From: an uncultured Bacteroidales bacterium
GTDB lineage: Bacteria; Bacteroidota; Bacteroidia; Bacteroidales; P3
NCBI GenBank assembly: GCA_946406015.1
Contig: CAMJJD010000002.1
Coordinates: 4,787-68,786, forward strand
DNA length: 64,000 nucleotides
Reading direction: 5' to 3'
Made by a program: the position numbers and the translations under genes. Each line of letters opens with the position of its first letter. The stretch's first letter is position 1. The notes under the pieces are model-generated. The model had not been told where the DNA came from and did no database searches. It saw nothing but the letters and a program-made list of their open reading frames with translations. Shown here in pieces: positions 1 through 8,976 of this stretch.

Positions 1-43
1 CGAGGGCGATGTTGCGGATGTCCTGAGTCTGATAAATTTTCAT
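1..43 (-). CDS. 5' end (first 14 codons) of a gene that runs off the window; N-terminus MKIYQTQDIRNIAL resembles EF-G-like translational GTPase N-termini
   Basis: The reverse complement of 1-43 reads ATG AAA ATT TAT CAG ACT CAG GAC ATC CGC AAC ATC GCC CTC. This is too short for a firm family call. Confidence 0.35.
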   Translation of the reverse strand, partial: MKIYQTQDIRNIAL

Positions 44-323
44 TGTTATCGTTATTATTTATTTTTATTTCTATAGACCTGACTACTAGTGCACTAAACG
101 CCGTCGTCAGGGCTGACGGCGGTGTTCAATGAGACGGCAAAATTACAAAAAATATTTAATATGAGAGGAAAAAGTTTTATTTCATCCACCGCTTTGGGCT
201 CGTCTGCATACTCGGTGGAAGAGAGGGCTTCTTTCCGCCATCTTTCTGCCTTCGGCACATTATCCGAGATATTCCCTAACGCATGTATTTCTGCCAGACG
301 GACGGTAAATCGAAAAATATTCG

Positions 324-331
324 TATCTTTG
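324..331 (+). promoter_or_regulatory. Bacteroides-type -7 promoter box (TATCTTTG = TAnnTTTG)
   Basis: Exact match to the TAnnTTTG consensus, 23 nt upstream of the ATG at 355. Confidence 0.55.
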
Positions 332-354
332 CATCCGATTTATGCTGAAAAAGG

Positions 355-1380
355 ATGGAGAAGACAATCATAGCGGGTCCCTGCAGTGTGGAGGGTCGAG
401 AGCAGCTGCGCGAGGTGACGGAGGCGTTGGCGGCGATGCCGTCAGTTACGATGATTCGCGCCGGCGTGTGGAAACCACGCACGCGGCCCGGTGCCTTCGA
501 AGGGCTAGGCGAACCGGCTCTACGGTGGATGCAGGAACTCGCGGAGGAATATGGCGTGAAATATTGCTGCGAAGTGGCTCGTCCCGAACACGTGTCCCTA
601 TGCCGCCAGTACGGCATCAGCACCGTATGGTTGGGAGCGCGTACCACGGGCAACCCCTTCATGGTGGAAGAACTCTGTCAGTCACTGAAGGGCAGCGGCA
701 TGGCCGTCCTGGTGAAGAACCCCACTTCGCCGGACGCACGTCTATGGATTGGTGCCATCGAACGGCTGCAGGCTGCGGGCATCGCCGACATCAAGGCCGT
801 ACACCGTGGGTTCGCCATGTACAACAACCGTGGCTACCGCAACGCCCCGCTGTGGGAGGTAGCCCTCGAGTTGCGGCGCGAACTGCCTGAAGTGCCCATC
901 CTCTGCGACCCAAGCCATATCGGGGGCCATCGCGAGTTGGTCGTCCCTTTGGCCATGGAGGCCCGTCAGCTTGACTACGACGGACTCATGGTCGAGGTGC
1001 ATCCTCATCCCGACAGCGCCTTGACCGACAGCGCCCAACAGATGACGCCAGACGGCCTTTCCCAGCTGCTTGACGCCTACCTGGCCCCGACGGCCCCCAG
1101 CGACAGCAATGCCGACCCCCGGCTCACGCCCCTCCGGCAGCAGATTGACGACGTGGACCACGAGATACTCTCGCTCCTCGCCCGCCGCATGGAACTCTCC
1201 CGCAGTATTGCCACCATCAAGCACGACCGCGGCATGGCAGTATACCAACCCAAACGGTGGGAGTCCGTCATCACCAACCGCCTGCAGTTGGCCACCTCGC
1301 TGGGCCTCGACACCGAATTCGTCAAGGAGATGCTCGAGAAAATCCATGCCGAGAGCGTCCGCGTACAGCTCAAACTGTAG
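355..1380 (+). CDS. bifunctional DAHP (3-deoxy-7-phosphoheptulonate) synthase / chorismate mutase
   Basis: 341-aa ORF. The N-terminal part is a class I-beta DAHP/KDO8P-synthase-like barrel (IAGPCSVE, CDPSH). The C-terminal ~90 aa look like an AroQ chorismate mutase (LRQQIDDVDHEILSLLARRMELSRSIATIK). Confidence 0.88.
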   Translation: MEKTIIAGPCSVEGREQLREVTEALAAMPSVTMIRAGVWKPRTRPGAFEGLGEPALRWMQELAEEYGVKYCCEVARPEHVSLCRQYGISTVWLGARTTGNPFMVEELCQSLKGSGMAVLVKNPTSPDARLWIGAIERLQAAGIADIKAVHRGFAMYNNRGYRNAPLWEVALELRRELPEVPILCDPSHIGGHRELVVPLAMEARQLDYDGLMVEVHPHPDSALTDSAQQMTPDGLSQLLDAYLAPTAPSDSNADPRLTPLRQQIDDVDHEILSLLARRMELSRSIATIKHDRGMAVYQPKRWESVITNRLQLATSLGLDTEFVKEMLEKIHAESVRVQLKL

Positions 1381-1394
1381 GGCGTCCGGGTCGC

Positions 1395-3221
1395 TTACGA
1401 CTGCATGGTGAAGGCGATTTTGTCGGCGTTCATGCTGCGCGCCGAAGCATCGAAAATATCTTTATAAAGACCACCCTGACGGTACACCTCGTCGGGGCTG
1501 CCTTGTTGCACCACATGTCCCGTGTCGAGCACATAGAGGGCGTCGCTGTCGATAATCTGTCCTATGTTGTGGCTGATGACAATCACCGTACGGCCCTGCT
1601 TGATGGCATCGATGGAGTTCTTGATTTGCTCGGTGGCGATGGCATCGAGACTGGCCGTGGGCTCGTCGAGGAAGATGATGGGCGGGTCCTTGAGGAACAT
1701 GCGGGCGATGGCGATGCGCTGTTGCTGGCCGCCGCTGAGTTGCTGCGCGTTGGTATTGAAGCCGTCGGGCAGAGCCATCACCTGATCGTATATGTAGGCA
1801 CGACGGGCCGCCTCCATCACCTCGTCGTGGGTGGCTCCGGGGCGGCCGTAGAGGATATTCTCCTCGACGGTGCCGCTGAAGATATGGTTTTTCTGCAGCA
1901 CCAGACCTATGCTGTCGCGCAGCACGCGTGTATCCCATTCGGCCAGCGGCACCCCGTCGAGGGTGATGGTGCCGCTGTCGGGATTGTAGAACTTGTCCAA
2001 CAGGTTCACGATGGTGCTCTTCCCTGCCCCGCTGAGGCCTACAAGGGCCGTGGTGCAGCCTGGTTCAATGGTCATCGTGAGGTCACGGATGGCATGCGTG
2101 CCGTTGGGATAGGTAAACTCGACGTTCTTAAGTTCGAACCTGCCTTGCACCCTCTGTCCACTTTCCACTCTCCACTTTCCACTCTTCTCCACCTCCTCGT
2201 CGGCATCGAGGATACCGAAGAAACTCTCGGCATACACCAGCGCGTCGTTCAGGTCGTCATATATGCGGTGCAGCTGACGAATCGGAGCGCTGACATTGCT
2301 GAATAGCAGCACGTGGTACATGATCTTACCTATCGACATACCAGGATAGTCGGACAACACCAGATAAGCCGTCAGGATGATAATCAGCACGGTGCCAATC
2401 TGCTCCACGAAGGTCTTCAATCCCTCGTAGAGGAACGAGATGCGGCGCGTCTGTAGTTGCTGGTCGGTACTCTGCTCCTGCAGGGCGGCCTGCTTGGCGG
2501 CCTCCACGCGCTCGCGGTTGAACGACTTGATGACACCCATGCTCTCGATGATGTTCAGGATGCCGTGGCTCAGCTGCTGGTGGGTGCCGAACACGCGGTG
2601 GCGCCAGCCCTTCATGCGGCGACCCTGCACGGCGGTAATCCAGAAGTAAACCGGGATGATGGCTGTGGCCACGAGACCCACGTAGACATTGGCGGCATAC
2701 ATCAGCACCAGGGCCAGCACGGCACTGGTGAAGAGGGGCAGGATGTCGATGAAGAAATTCTTCACCGTGTTGCTGAGGCTCATGATGCCGCGGTCGATGC
2801 GGGTCTGCAGCTTACCAGGCTCGTTGCCATCGGCGCTGAAGAAAGCCATGCGGAACTGCAGTATACGGTCGACGATGCGGAGCGACAGGTCGCGGCTCAC
2901 GTTGATGCGTATCTTCTCGCCGAAGATACGCTGCCCGAAGGTGATGAGGGCCGCCAGCACCTCCTTGCCGAGTAGAATGATGCTTATCGTAATCAGAATG
3001 CGAGCCGCCGCGCTCCACTGGAAGCCGCCGTCGAGGTGCAGCAAGGCGTTGATACGGTCCACCGCCCGGTCGAGCACCACGGCGTTCACCTGCGCCATGA
3101 GCGAGCCCACGAAGGTCAGCGCCAGCGTAGCAACCAGCAGCCAGCGGTAGGGCAGCACGAACGGCAGCAGCCTGCGCAGCAAGCCACCGATGCCCATCTT
3201 GCTCTCATTGTTCTGTTCCAT
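1395..3221 (-). CDS. ABC transporter permease/ATP-binding protein (MsbA-like lipid exporter type)
   Basis: 608 aa with an N-terminal multi-TM domain, Walker A GLSGAGKST, signature LSGGQQQR and Walker B IIFLDEPTASLD. An alternative start is M9 at 3197. Confidence 0.9.
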   Translation of the reverse strand: MEQNNESKMGIGGLLRRLLPFVLPYRWLLVATLALTFVGSLMAQVNAVVLDRAVDRINALLHLDGGFQWSAAARILITISIILLGKEVLAALITFGQRIFGEKIRINVSRDLSLRIVDRILQFRMAFFSADGNEPGKLQTRIDRGIMSLSNTVKNFFIDILPLFTSAVLALVLMYAANVYVGLVATAIIPVYFWITAVQGRRMKGWRHRVFGTHQQLSHGILNIIESMGVIKSFNRERVEAAKQAALQEQSTDQQLQTRRISFLYEGLKTFVEQIGTVLIIILTAYLVLSDYPGMSIGKIMYHVLLFSNVSAPIRQLHRIYDDLNDALVYAESFFGILDADEEVEKSGKWRVESGQRVQGRFELKNVEFTYPNGTHAIRDLTMTIEPGCTTALVGLSGAGKSTIVNLLDKFYNPDSGTITLDGVPLAEWDTRVLRDSIGLVLQKNHIFSGTVEENILYGRPGATHDEVMEAARRAYIYDQVMALPDGFNTNAQQLSGGQQQRIAIARMFLKDPPIIFLDEPTASLDAIATEQIKNSIDAIKQGRTVIVISHNIGQIIDSDALYVLDTGHVVQQGSPDEVYRQGGLYKDIFDASARSMNADKIAFTMQS

Positions 3222-3229
3222 TGCGGATG

Positions 3230-3237
3230 CAAAGATA
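3230..3237 (-). promoter_or_regulatory. -7 promoter box (TATCTTTG on the minus strand) for the ABC exporter gene
   Basis: The reverse complement of caaagata matches TAnnTTTG. It lies only 8 nt from the ATG at 3221. Confidence 0.5.
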
Positions 3238-3270
3238 CATCTTTTTTACGACATACCGACTTTTTTTTCG

Positions 3271-3278
3271 TACCTTTG
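3271..3278 (+). promoter_or_regulatory. -7 promoter box (TACCTTTG) for the 3287 gene
   Basis: Exact TAnnTTTG, 8 nt upstream of the ATG at 3287. Confidence 0.5.
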
Positions 3279-3286
3279 CACCCGCT

Positions 3287-3859
3287 ATGAAGAGGACGCT
3301 ATTATTGTTCATCCTGTTGCTGGGCGGTTGTTTATACGCCCAAGAAAGGCACTTGCAGCCCGGCGATCTACTGTTCTATTCCGATGCCGGCGGCATGGGC
3401 GATGCCATCAAAGAAAGTACAGGATGCTACACCCATGTGGCATTGGTAGTCGAGGTTGGCGATACTGCGTGGATAATCGACGCCACCCAGCGCTATGGCG
3501 TCAGCCGGCGCCCTTTCCTGCGTCGGCAGGAAAGCAGCATGAAGCCATACCCCGATATCTACCGCCTTGCCGTGCCCTTCGATACCGCAGCGGTCATCGC
3601 ACGAGCAACGGCACTCATCGGTAAACCCTATGACGACGCCTTCCTGCCCGGCAACGACGCCTACTACTGCTCAGAATTGATTCAAGTAGCTTTTTGCAAC
3701 TTCTTCCCATCGCAACCCATGAACTGGCGCGACAAGGACGGCAAACTCCCTCCCTACTGGATAGAACATTTCAAGAAACTCGGCGTACCTGTTCCTGAAG
3801 GAGTGCCCGGCACCAACCCCACCGACCTCTCACGGTCGCCGCTGCTGCACAAACTCTAA
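3287..3859 (+). CDS. YiiX / permuted papain-fold (NlpC/P60-related) lipoprotein
   Basis: I chose the in-frame start at MKRTLLLFILLLGGC (lipobox LGGC). Motifs GCYTHVALV and YYCSELIQ are typical of YiiX-like permuted cysteine peptidase/amidase folds. The longer ORF begins at 3221. Confidence 0.6.
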   Translation: MKRTLLLFILLLGGCLYAQERHLQPGDLLFYSDAGGMGDAIKESTGCYTHVALVVEVGDTAWIIDATQRYGVSRRPFLRRQESSMKPYPDIYRLAVPFDTAAVIARATALIGKPYDDAFLPGNDAYYCSELIQVAFCNFFPSQPMNWRDKDGKLPPYWIEHFKKLGVPVPEGVPGTNPTDLSRSPLLHKL

Positions 3860-3863
3860 ATTA

Positions 3864-4736
3864 TCACTGGAAATCTCTCTTCCTGAAAAGAATCATCCAT
3901 CCTTGCCAAAGAGAGGTATACTCGCCATTGAGGTACCACACCCGCCATGGCCGTATGCTCATCAAGTATTGTTTGAACTCCCTGACCAACGCATCGGTCA
4001 ACTCCGGCATAGGATTGCTCTTATAATTGCTATACATAACCTCCACCTTAACGTCGGTCATATTGCCGAGTGAGTCGACGACCTCCCTGCTTACATATAT
4101 GCCTATAACACTCAATGTGTCGAACACATGATATTTTTCAATCACCGGAAGGAAGCCTTTCCTGAATTCATACCATTTTTCCCGGGGAGCATCCTCGTCA
4201 AAGTAGAAACCGTCAACGACCATACGGTTGCGGTATAGTGTCCGTCCGACAACACGCCCTTCATTCACCTCAAGCATCATCTCTGTCTCGTAGTGCCGGT
4301 TCCAACCCGTGTGCTCATAGAATATCCTCTTTCCTCGCGTCAGTCGTATCGTGTCGGTGAGCCATGTGGCCACAATCTTGCCGTCGCGGTAATAGTTGCC
4401 GAACACCTCGCGCATCGTTTCCGTCGACAGAGACATCTCATAGTCTTTCATGTATGTGGAGTCTTCATAGACCGTACACACGATGCTGTCGAGCACCAGC
4501 CACTCGCCGTCGAGGCTCCAGCAGCCAACAAAGCGATCCCAGTTGCCGGTCGACTCCTGTACAAGCTCCGGCAATCGAGCCTGCAGGTTGACATAAAGTA
4601 TTGAATCTGCCCCCACAGGGCGCCCCATCAGCCACCATCGCTGACCGTCAATGTAAACAATGTCGCTCGCCTGCCCCGTGGCGAACACCATCATCGGGGC
4701 CAACGCCATTGACAAAAGCAGAAGCAACCGTTTCAT
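3864..4736 (-). CDS. hypothetical secreted protein
   Basis: 290-aa ORF with an N-terminal signal peptide (MKRLLLLLSMALAPMMVFA). It is visibly more AT-rich than its neighbours. I recognise no family. Confidence 0.6.
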   Translation of the reverse strand: MKRLLLLLSMALAPMMVFATGQASDIVYIDGQRWWLMGRPVGADSILYVNLQARLPELVQESTGNWDRFVGCWSLDGEWLVLDSIVCTVYEDSTYMKDYEMSLSTETMREVFGNYYRDGKIVATWLTDTIRLTRGKRIFYEHTGWNRHYETEMMLEVNEGRVVGRTLYRNRMVVDGFYFDEDAPREKWYEFRKGFLPVIEKYHVFDTLSVIGIYVSREVVDSLGNMTDVKVEVMYSNYKSNPMPELTDALVREFKQYLMSIRPWRVWYLNGEYTSLWQGWMILFRKRDFQ

Positions 4737-4739
4737 ATC

Positions 4740-5207
4740 TCAGTAATTGTCGTGCGGCATATTCCGGTAGTCGTCGAAGAGCTGCAGGCAGGCCTCACGG
4801 TCCACCTCGGTGAGGTAGTCGCCCAGGCGGTCGCGCCCTTGGAAGAGGTCGTTGAATTTGCCGTCGCGGAAGCCGATAAGGGCGTTGTCGGCGATGGTGC
4901 ATCCGTAATACACCCTGCGGATATTGGCCCACATGCAGGCGCAGAGGCACATGTGGCACGGCTCGCCGGTGGTGTAGATGTCGCAGCCCGAAAGGTCGTA
5001 TGTCCCCAGCCGACGGCAGGCATCGCGTATTGCCTCCACCTCACCATGGGCGGTGGGGTCGTTCTTGCCGAGCACGCGGTTGTGGCCGAAGCCTACGGCC
5101 TTGCCGTCCTTCACCACCACCGACCCGAAGGGGCCGCCGTCGCGGTGCTCGATGCCCGTCCTGGCCTCGTCGATGGCCAGCTGCATGAATCTGTCCTTCG
5201 CAGCCAT
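4740..5207 (-). CDS. CDA-fold nucleoside/guanine deaminase (GuaD-like)
   Basis: 155 aa with zinc motifs H(G)EVEAI and PCHMCLCA. It aligns by eye along its whole length with B. subtilis-type guanine deaminase. Confidence 0.78.
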   Translation of the reverse strand: MAAKDRFMQLAIDEARTGIEHRDGGPFGSVVVKDGKAVGFGHNRVLGKNDPTAHGEVEAIRDACRRLGTYDLSGCDIYTTGEPCHMCLCACMWANIRRVYYGCTIADNALIGFRDGKFNDLFQGRDRLGDYLTEVDREACLQLFDDYRNMPHDNY

Positions 5208-5210
5208 GGC

Positions 5211-6239
5211 TTACTGGTTGGCGTACTGCTGCACCTCGTCGTGGAAGAACTCCAGCTGGATACCCGCCTGGCGGAACAGTTCCTCGCTCTCGGCACCGGC
5301 GTGGTACTTGCGCTCGCAGACCACCCGCTTGATGCCACAGTTGATAATCAGCATGGCGCAGGTGCGGCAGGGCGTCATACGGCAGTAGAGCGTGGCACCG
5401 TCGAGGGCGATGCCGCGGCGGGCCGCCTGGCAGATGGCATTCTGCTCGGCATGCACGGTGCGCACACAGTGGGTCGAGATATGGCCGTCGGCGTCGATGG
5501 TCTGGCGGAAAAGGTGCCCCACCTCGTCGCAGTGCGGCAAGCCGGCGGGCGAGCCGACATAGCCGGTCACCAGCAACTGACGGTCCTTGACGATGACGCA
5601 GCCCGAGCGGCCACGGTCGCAGGTGGCGCGGCGGGCGGCGGCGTTGGCCAATTCCATGAAGTATTCGTCCCACGACGGACGGCGGTAGGTAATCTGCTGC
5701 AGCACCTCCTCCACCTGCCGGTTGAGGTCGTCGATGGTGCCCCCGTTGTCAAAGCGGAAGTCGGCCTGCTCGATGCAGTACTTCAGATTCTGCTTGTTGG
5801 GGTCGGTATTGTCCATCTCGCGCTGTTCGTTGGCGATGAAGGTGTCGTAGTCGATGTGGTCGGTCTCCGAGCCGCGCAGCACGGCGCGCTCATAGCGTAC
5901 CCGCGGGTCGGCGTCGACGGCAAAGAGGTAGAAGCTTTGCTTGCCGCGCAGGGCCTGCACTTCGCCAGGGGTGCGCACACTCTCGATGATACAGTTGCAG
6001 CCCGAAGCGGAAGCCTTCTCGTACAGCTGCTCCACAATCCACGACGGCGAATGCTGTGCCCGCAGGTCGTTACCTACGGCAGTCATCGTGTCGCGGTTCA
6101 CCTCCAGCCCGCGGCGCTTGATTTCCTCGGTGAGGAAGGCCCGCACCGAATAGTGCACAAAACCACGGTTCTTGACAAGATAGTCGACGATGGTGCCCTT
6201 GCCGGCACCGAGCGTCCCAGTGATTCCGATTGTGATCAT
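5211..6239 (-). CDS. fusion protein: N-terminal P-loop nucleotide kinase-like domain + C-terminal dCMP deaminase domain
   Basis: Start chosen at MITIGITGTLGAGKGT (Walker A at the extreme N-terminus). The C-terminal half has HAEQNAI and PCRTCAMLI dCMP-deaminase zinc motifs. The longer ORF starts at 6302. Confidence 0.85.
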   Translation of the reverse strand: MITIGITGTLGAGKGTIVDYLVKNRGFVHYSVRAFLTEEIKRRGLEVNRDTMTAVGNDLRAQHSPSWIVEQLYEKASASGCNCIIESVRTPGEVQALRGKQSFYLFAVDADPRVRYERAVLRGSETDHIDYDTFIANEQREMDNTDPNKQNLKYCIEQADFRFDNGGTIDDLNRQVEEVLQQITYRRPSWDEYFMELANAAARRATCDRGRSGCVIVKDRQLLVTGYVGSPAGLPHCDEVGHLFRQTIDADGHISTHCVRTVHAEQNAICQAARRGIALDGATLYCRMTPCRTCAMLIINCGIKRVVCERKYHAGAESEELFRQAGIQLEFFHDEVQQYANQ

Positions 6240-6316
6240 TGTCGTCTTAGTTTCAAAAGGTAACGTCGATCCAGCGTTATTATTGTGCGCCTCGGCCTCC
6301 AAAACGTCCTTTTCGG

Positions 6317-6324
6317 CAAAAATA
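6317..6324 (-). promoter_or_regulatory. -7 promoter box (TATTTTTG on the minus strand) upstream of the kinase-deaminase operon
   Basis: The reverse complement of caaaaata matches TAnnTTTG. Confidence 0.45.
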
Positions 6325-6371
6325 TCTGTATTATATACAATAAAGAGTGGTTTTCCCGCGTTTTAACGCGC

Positions 6372-7610
6372 ATGAGAGTACTGCTGATCGTGGTTGCCGT
6401 GCTGTTGTTGACGGCGGTCGTGGGCGTGATCTGGCTCACCGGCAAGCCGCACGTCACCCCCCTGCTGCCCCCCGACGAGGAGCAGGCGCTGGACGCCCTG
6501 CTGCCTCCCGGCGTGGAACGGGGCAACCACATCACGACCTACGCCAGCCTTGGCGCCATGTACGACACCCTGCTCGCCGACATCGCGGGCGCCCGACAGC
6601 ACATACACCTTCAATTCTTCAAGTTCGAGGACGACGCCACCGCCCACGAGGTGGGCGACGCGCTGGCGGCCAAGGCCGCCGAAGGGGTCGAGGCGCGCCT
6701 GATGTACGACGACTTCGGGTGCCAGCCGTGGAAAGGCTACTACCGCCAGCTGGAGACGCGCGGCGTGGCCACGGCCGGCTTCGGTCGCGTGCGCTGGGCC
6801 TGGGTGCGCAAGACCGACTACTACCGCAACCACCGCAAGTGCGTGGTCGTCGACGGACGCATCGCCTACCTAGGCGGCATCAACATCGCCGACCGGTACC
6901 TGCACGGCCTGCCGTGGGGCTGCTGGCGCGACACGATAATCCGCATCGAAGGCCCGGCTGCCCTGGCGGTGCAGCGGGCTTTTGCCGCCGACTGGCGCCA
7001 TGCGGGCCGGGGGCTGCTGGCCGACCGGGCCTACTTCCCGGCCGTGGCGCCGGCGGGCACCCTGCCACTGCACCTGATCACCTCGGGGCCCATCGGCCAA
7101 GGGCCCACCATCATGCACCACACCATCGGCATGCTCGACGCGGCGCAACGCTACGTCTGGTTCGAGTCGCCCTACTTCATACCGCCCGCTCCCCTGCGCG
7201 AGGCCCTGCTGCGGACCGCGCGCCGCAGCGTCGACGTGCGGGTGCTGCTGCCCCCGCGGGGCGACCGCGGCGAGGTCACCCAGTGGGCATCGAAGAGCTA
7301 CCTGGCCGAGATGATGGACGCCGGTGTACACTTCGGCTTCTACCAGCCGGGCTTCCTGCACTCCAAGCTGGTGGTCAGCGACGACCGCGAAGCCATGGTG
7401 GGCTCGTGCAACATCGACCCCCGCAGCTATCTCCTCTGCCAGGAGGTGGCCGCCGTGGTGGACGATGCCGCCTACGCCGCCGAGTTGCGCGACCTCTTCC
7501 TGGCCGACGAGGCGCAGTCGATCCCCGTCGACCCCGCCCGCTGGGCACAGCGCCCCCTCGGCGAGAAAGCCATGGAGCAGCTGGCACGCCTGGCGGCCTC
7601 CCAGTTATAA
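6372..7610 (+). CDS. cls: cardiolipin synthase (phospholipase D family)
   Basis: It has an N-terminal TM segment and two HKD motifs (HRKCVVVDG...GGINI and HSKLVVSDD...GSCNID). Start moved to MRVLLIVVAVLLL at 6372. Confidence 0.85.
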   Translation: MRVLLIVVAVLLLTAVVGVIWLTGKPHVTPLLPPDEEQALDALLPPGVERGNHITTYASLGAMYDTLLADIAGARQHIHLQFFKFEDDATAHEVGDALAAKAAEGVEARLMYDDFGCQPWKGYYRQLETRGVATAGFGRVRWAWVRKTDYYRNHRKCVVVDGRIAYLGGINIADRYLHGLPWGCWRDTIIRIEGPAALAVQRAFAADWRHAGRGLLADRAYFPAVAPAGTLPLHLITSGPIGQGPTIMHHTIGMLDAAQRYVWFESPYFIPPAPLREALLRTARRSVDVRVLLPPRGDRGEVTQWASKSYLAEMMDAGVHFGFYQPGFLHSKLVVSDDREAMVGSCNIDPRSYLLCQEVAAVVDDAAYAAELRDLFLADEAQSIPVDPARWAQRPLGEKAMEQLARLAASQL

Positions 7611-7631
7611 ACGAACGAAAATAAACATCCT

Positions 7632-8339
7632 ATGGAACACCAATCGAAACAAGCCCAACGCATCCAGACCTCGTTCATCAACGGAGTGGAACGCAAAGCC
7701 CTCGTGTGGCTGGCCGAACGACAACCCCGCTGGGTGACGTCGGACTTCTTGACCCTCGTCGGCACCTTCGGCGCCCTGCTCGTCGGCGCCGGCTTCGTAC
7801 TGACCTTCTACAGCATCAACTGGCTCTGGCTCAGCATCGCCGGCCTGGCCATCAACTGGTACGGCGACTCGCTCGACGGCACCCTGGCCCGCGTGCGCAA
7901 CAGCCAGCGCCCCATCTACGGCTACTACATCGACCACACGATCGACTGCATCAACGAGGCCCTGATGTTCATCGGCGCGGGCCTCTCGCCGCTGATGAAC
8001 CTCCACCTGGCCCTTGCGCTCTTCATCCTCTACCTCTTCCTGACCATCAACGTCAGCATGAACGCCCACCTCAAGAGCGAGTTCCGCCTGACCTACGCCA
8101 AACTGGGCCCCACCGAGTTCCGCATATTGATCGCCCTGAGCTGTCTGGTGCTGATAGCCTTCCCCACGTGCGACGTCTTCACCCTCAGCGTCCGCCTGCT
8201 GGGCCACACCACCGTCCTCTCCACCCTCGACCTGCTGGCCCTCTTCCTGGTGGTGCTCCTCACGGGGATCTACCTCTGCACCATCGTCAGCGACGCACGC
8301 AAGTACGCCAAGATCGACCCGCCGAAGCCGCGCCGCTGA
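7632..8339 (+). CDS. CDP-alcohol phosphatidyltransferase family protein
   Basis: 235-aa polytopic membrane protein with the motif DSLDGTLAR...G...D...D. Confidence 0.8.
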   Translation: MEHQSKQAQRIQTSFINGVERKALVWLAERQPRWVTSDFLTLVGTFGALLVGAGFVLTFYSINWLWLSIAGLAINWYGDSLDGTLARVRNSQRPIYGYYIDHTIDCINEALMFIGAGLSPLMNLHLALALFILYLFLTINVSMNAHLKSEFRLTYAKLGPTEFRILIALSCLVLIAFPTCDVFTLSVRLLGHTTVLSTLDLLALFLVVLLTGIYLCTIVSDARKYAKIDPPKPRR

Positions 8340-8357
8340 CGACAGTCGGCAGCGGCG

Positions 8358-8864
8358 TCAGCACTTGTAGTGGTACTGCAGCTGGGCCAGCTCCTCGTTG
8401 GCCTTGACAATCTTTTTCTTCAGACCAGCCTTATAGGCGGTGAGCTTCTGCATCAGGGCGTCGTCGCCGAGGGCCATCATCTGCATGGCCAGGATGGCGG
8501 CATTCTGGGCGCCGTTGATGGCCACGGTAGCCACGGGGATTCCCGGAGGCATCTGCATGATGGCGAAGGTGGCATCCAAACCCTCGAGGCAGGAGCCTTT
8601 GATGGGCACGCCGATGACGGGCAGCGGCGTTTCGGCGGCGATGACACCCGGCAAGGCGGCGGCCATGCCGGCACCGGCGATGATGACCTTGATGCCGCGT
8701 CCCTGTGCATTGCGGGCGAACTCGCTCACCTCGGCAGGTGTGCGGTGGGCCGAGAGGGCGTTGACCTCGAAGGGAATCTCCATCTCCTCAAAGAACTGGC
8801 AGGCTTTCTCCATGACCGGCAGGTCGGAGGTCGAGCCCATGATGATGCTGACGACTGGTTTCAT
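8358..8864 (-). CDS. purE: 5-(carboxyamino)imidazole ribonucleotide mutase
   Basis: 168 aa. The N-terminus VSIIMGSTSDLPVM and the G-rich loops are typical of PurE. Confidence 0.92.
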   Translation of the reverse strand: MKPVVSIIMGSTSDLPVMEKACQFFEEMEIPFEVNALSAHRTPAEVSEFARNAQGRGIKVIIAGAGMAAALPGVIAAETPLPVIGVPIKGSCLEGLDATFAIMQMPPGIPVATVAINGAQNAAILAMQMMALGDDALMQKLTAYKAGLKKKIVKANEELAQLQYHYKC

Positions 8865-8976
8865 ATTGCGGTTTCTTATTTATGAATTCTAATTTCTAAG
8901 TGTTTATACAACGGATGAGCGGATCTATTATTGTATGGCATGCAATATTTTCGACGGACTTCCCGTTATTTCGATT

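Noticed and set aside
122-373. 83-aa ORF in the region upstream of the DAHP synthase gene
   Set aside because: It has no motif support, overlaps the TAnnTTTG promoter box and the start of the downstream gene, and is probably non-coding leader or promoter DNA.
4752-6263. 503-aa plus-strand ORF opposite the two deaminase genes
   Set aside because: It overlaps two minus-strand genes that have unambiguous zinc-deaminase and P-loop motifs. It shows an antisense GC3 artefact composition (A/G/V/L/H-rich).
6347-7624. 425-aa alternative-frame ORF overlapping cardiolipin synthase on the same strand. Similar cases are 7706-8407, 29694-31118, 25662-26387 and 35526-36125.
   Set aside because: The translations are Arg/Pro/Gly/His-rich, typical of off-frame reading of GC-rich genes. 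The in-frame products carry the real motifs (HKD, CDP-alcohol transferase, C25, GH3, Bac_transf).
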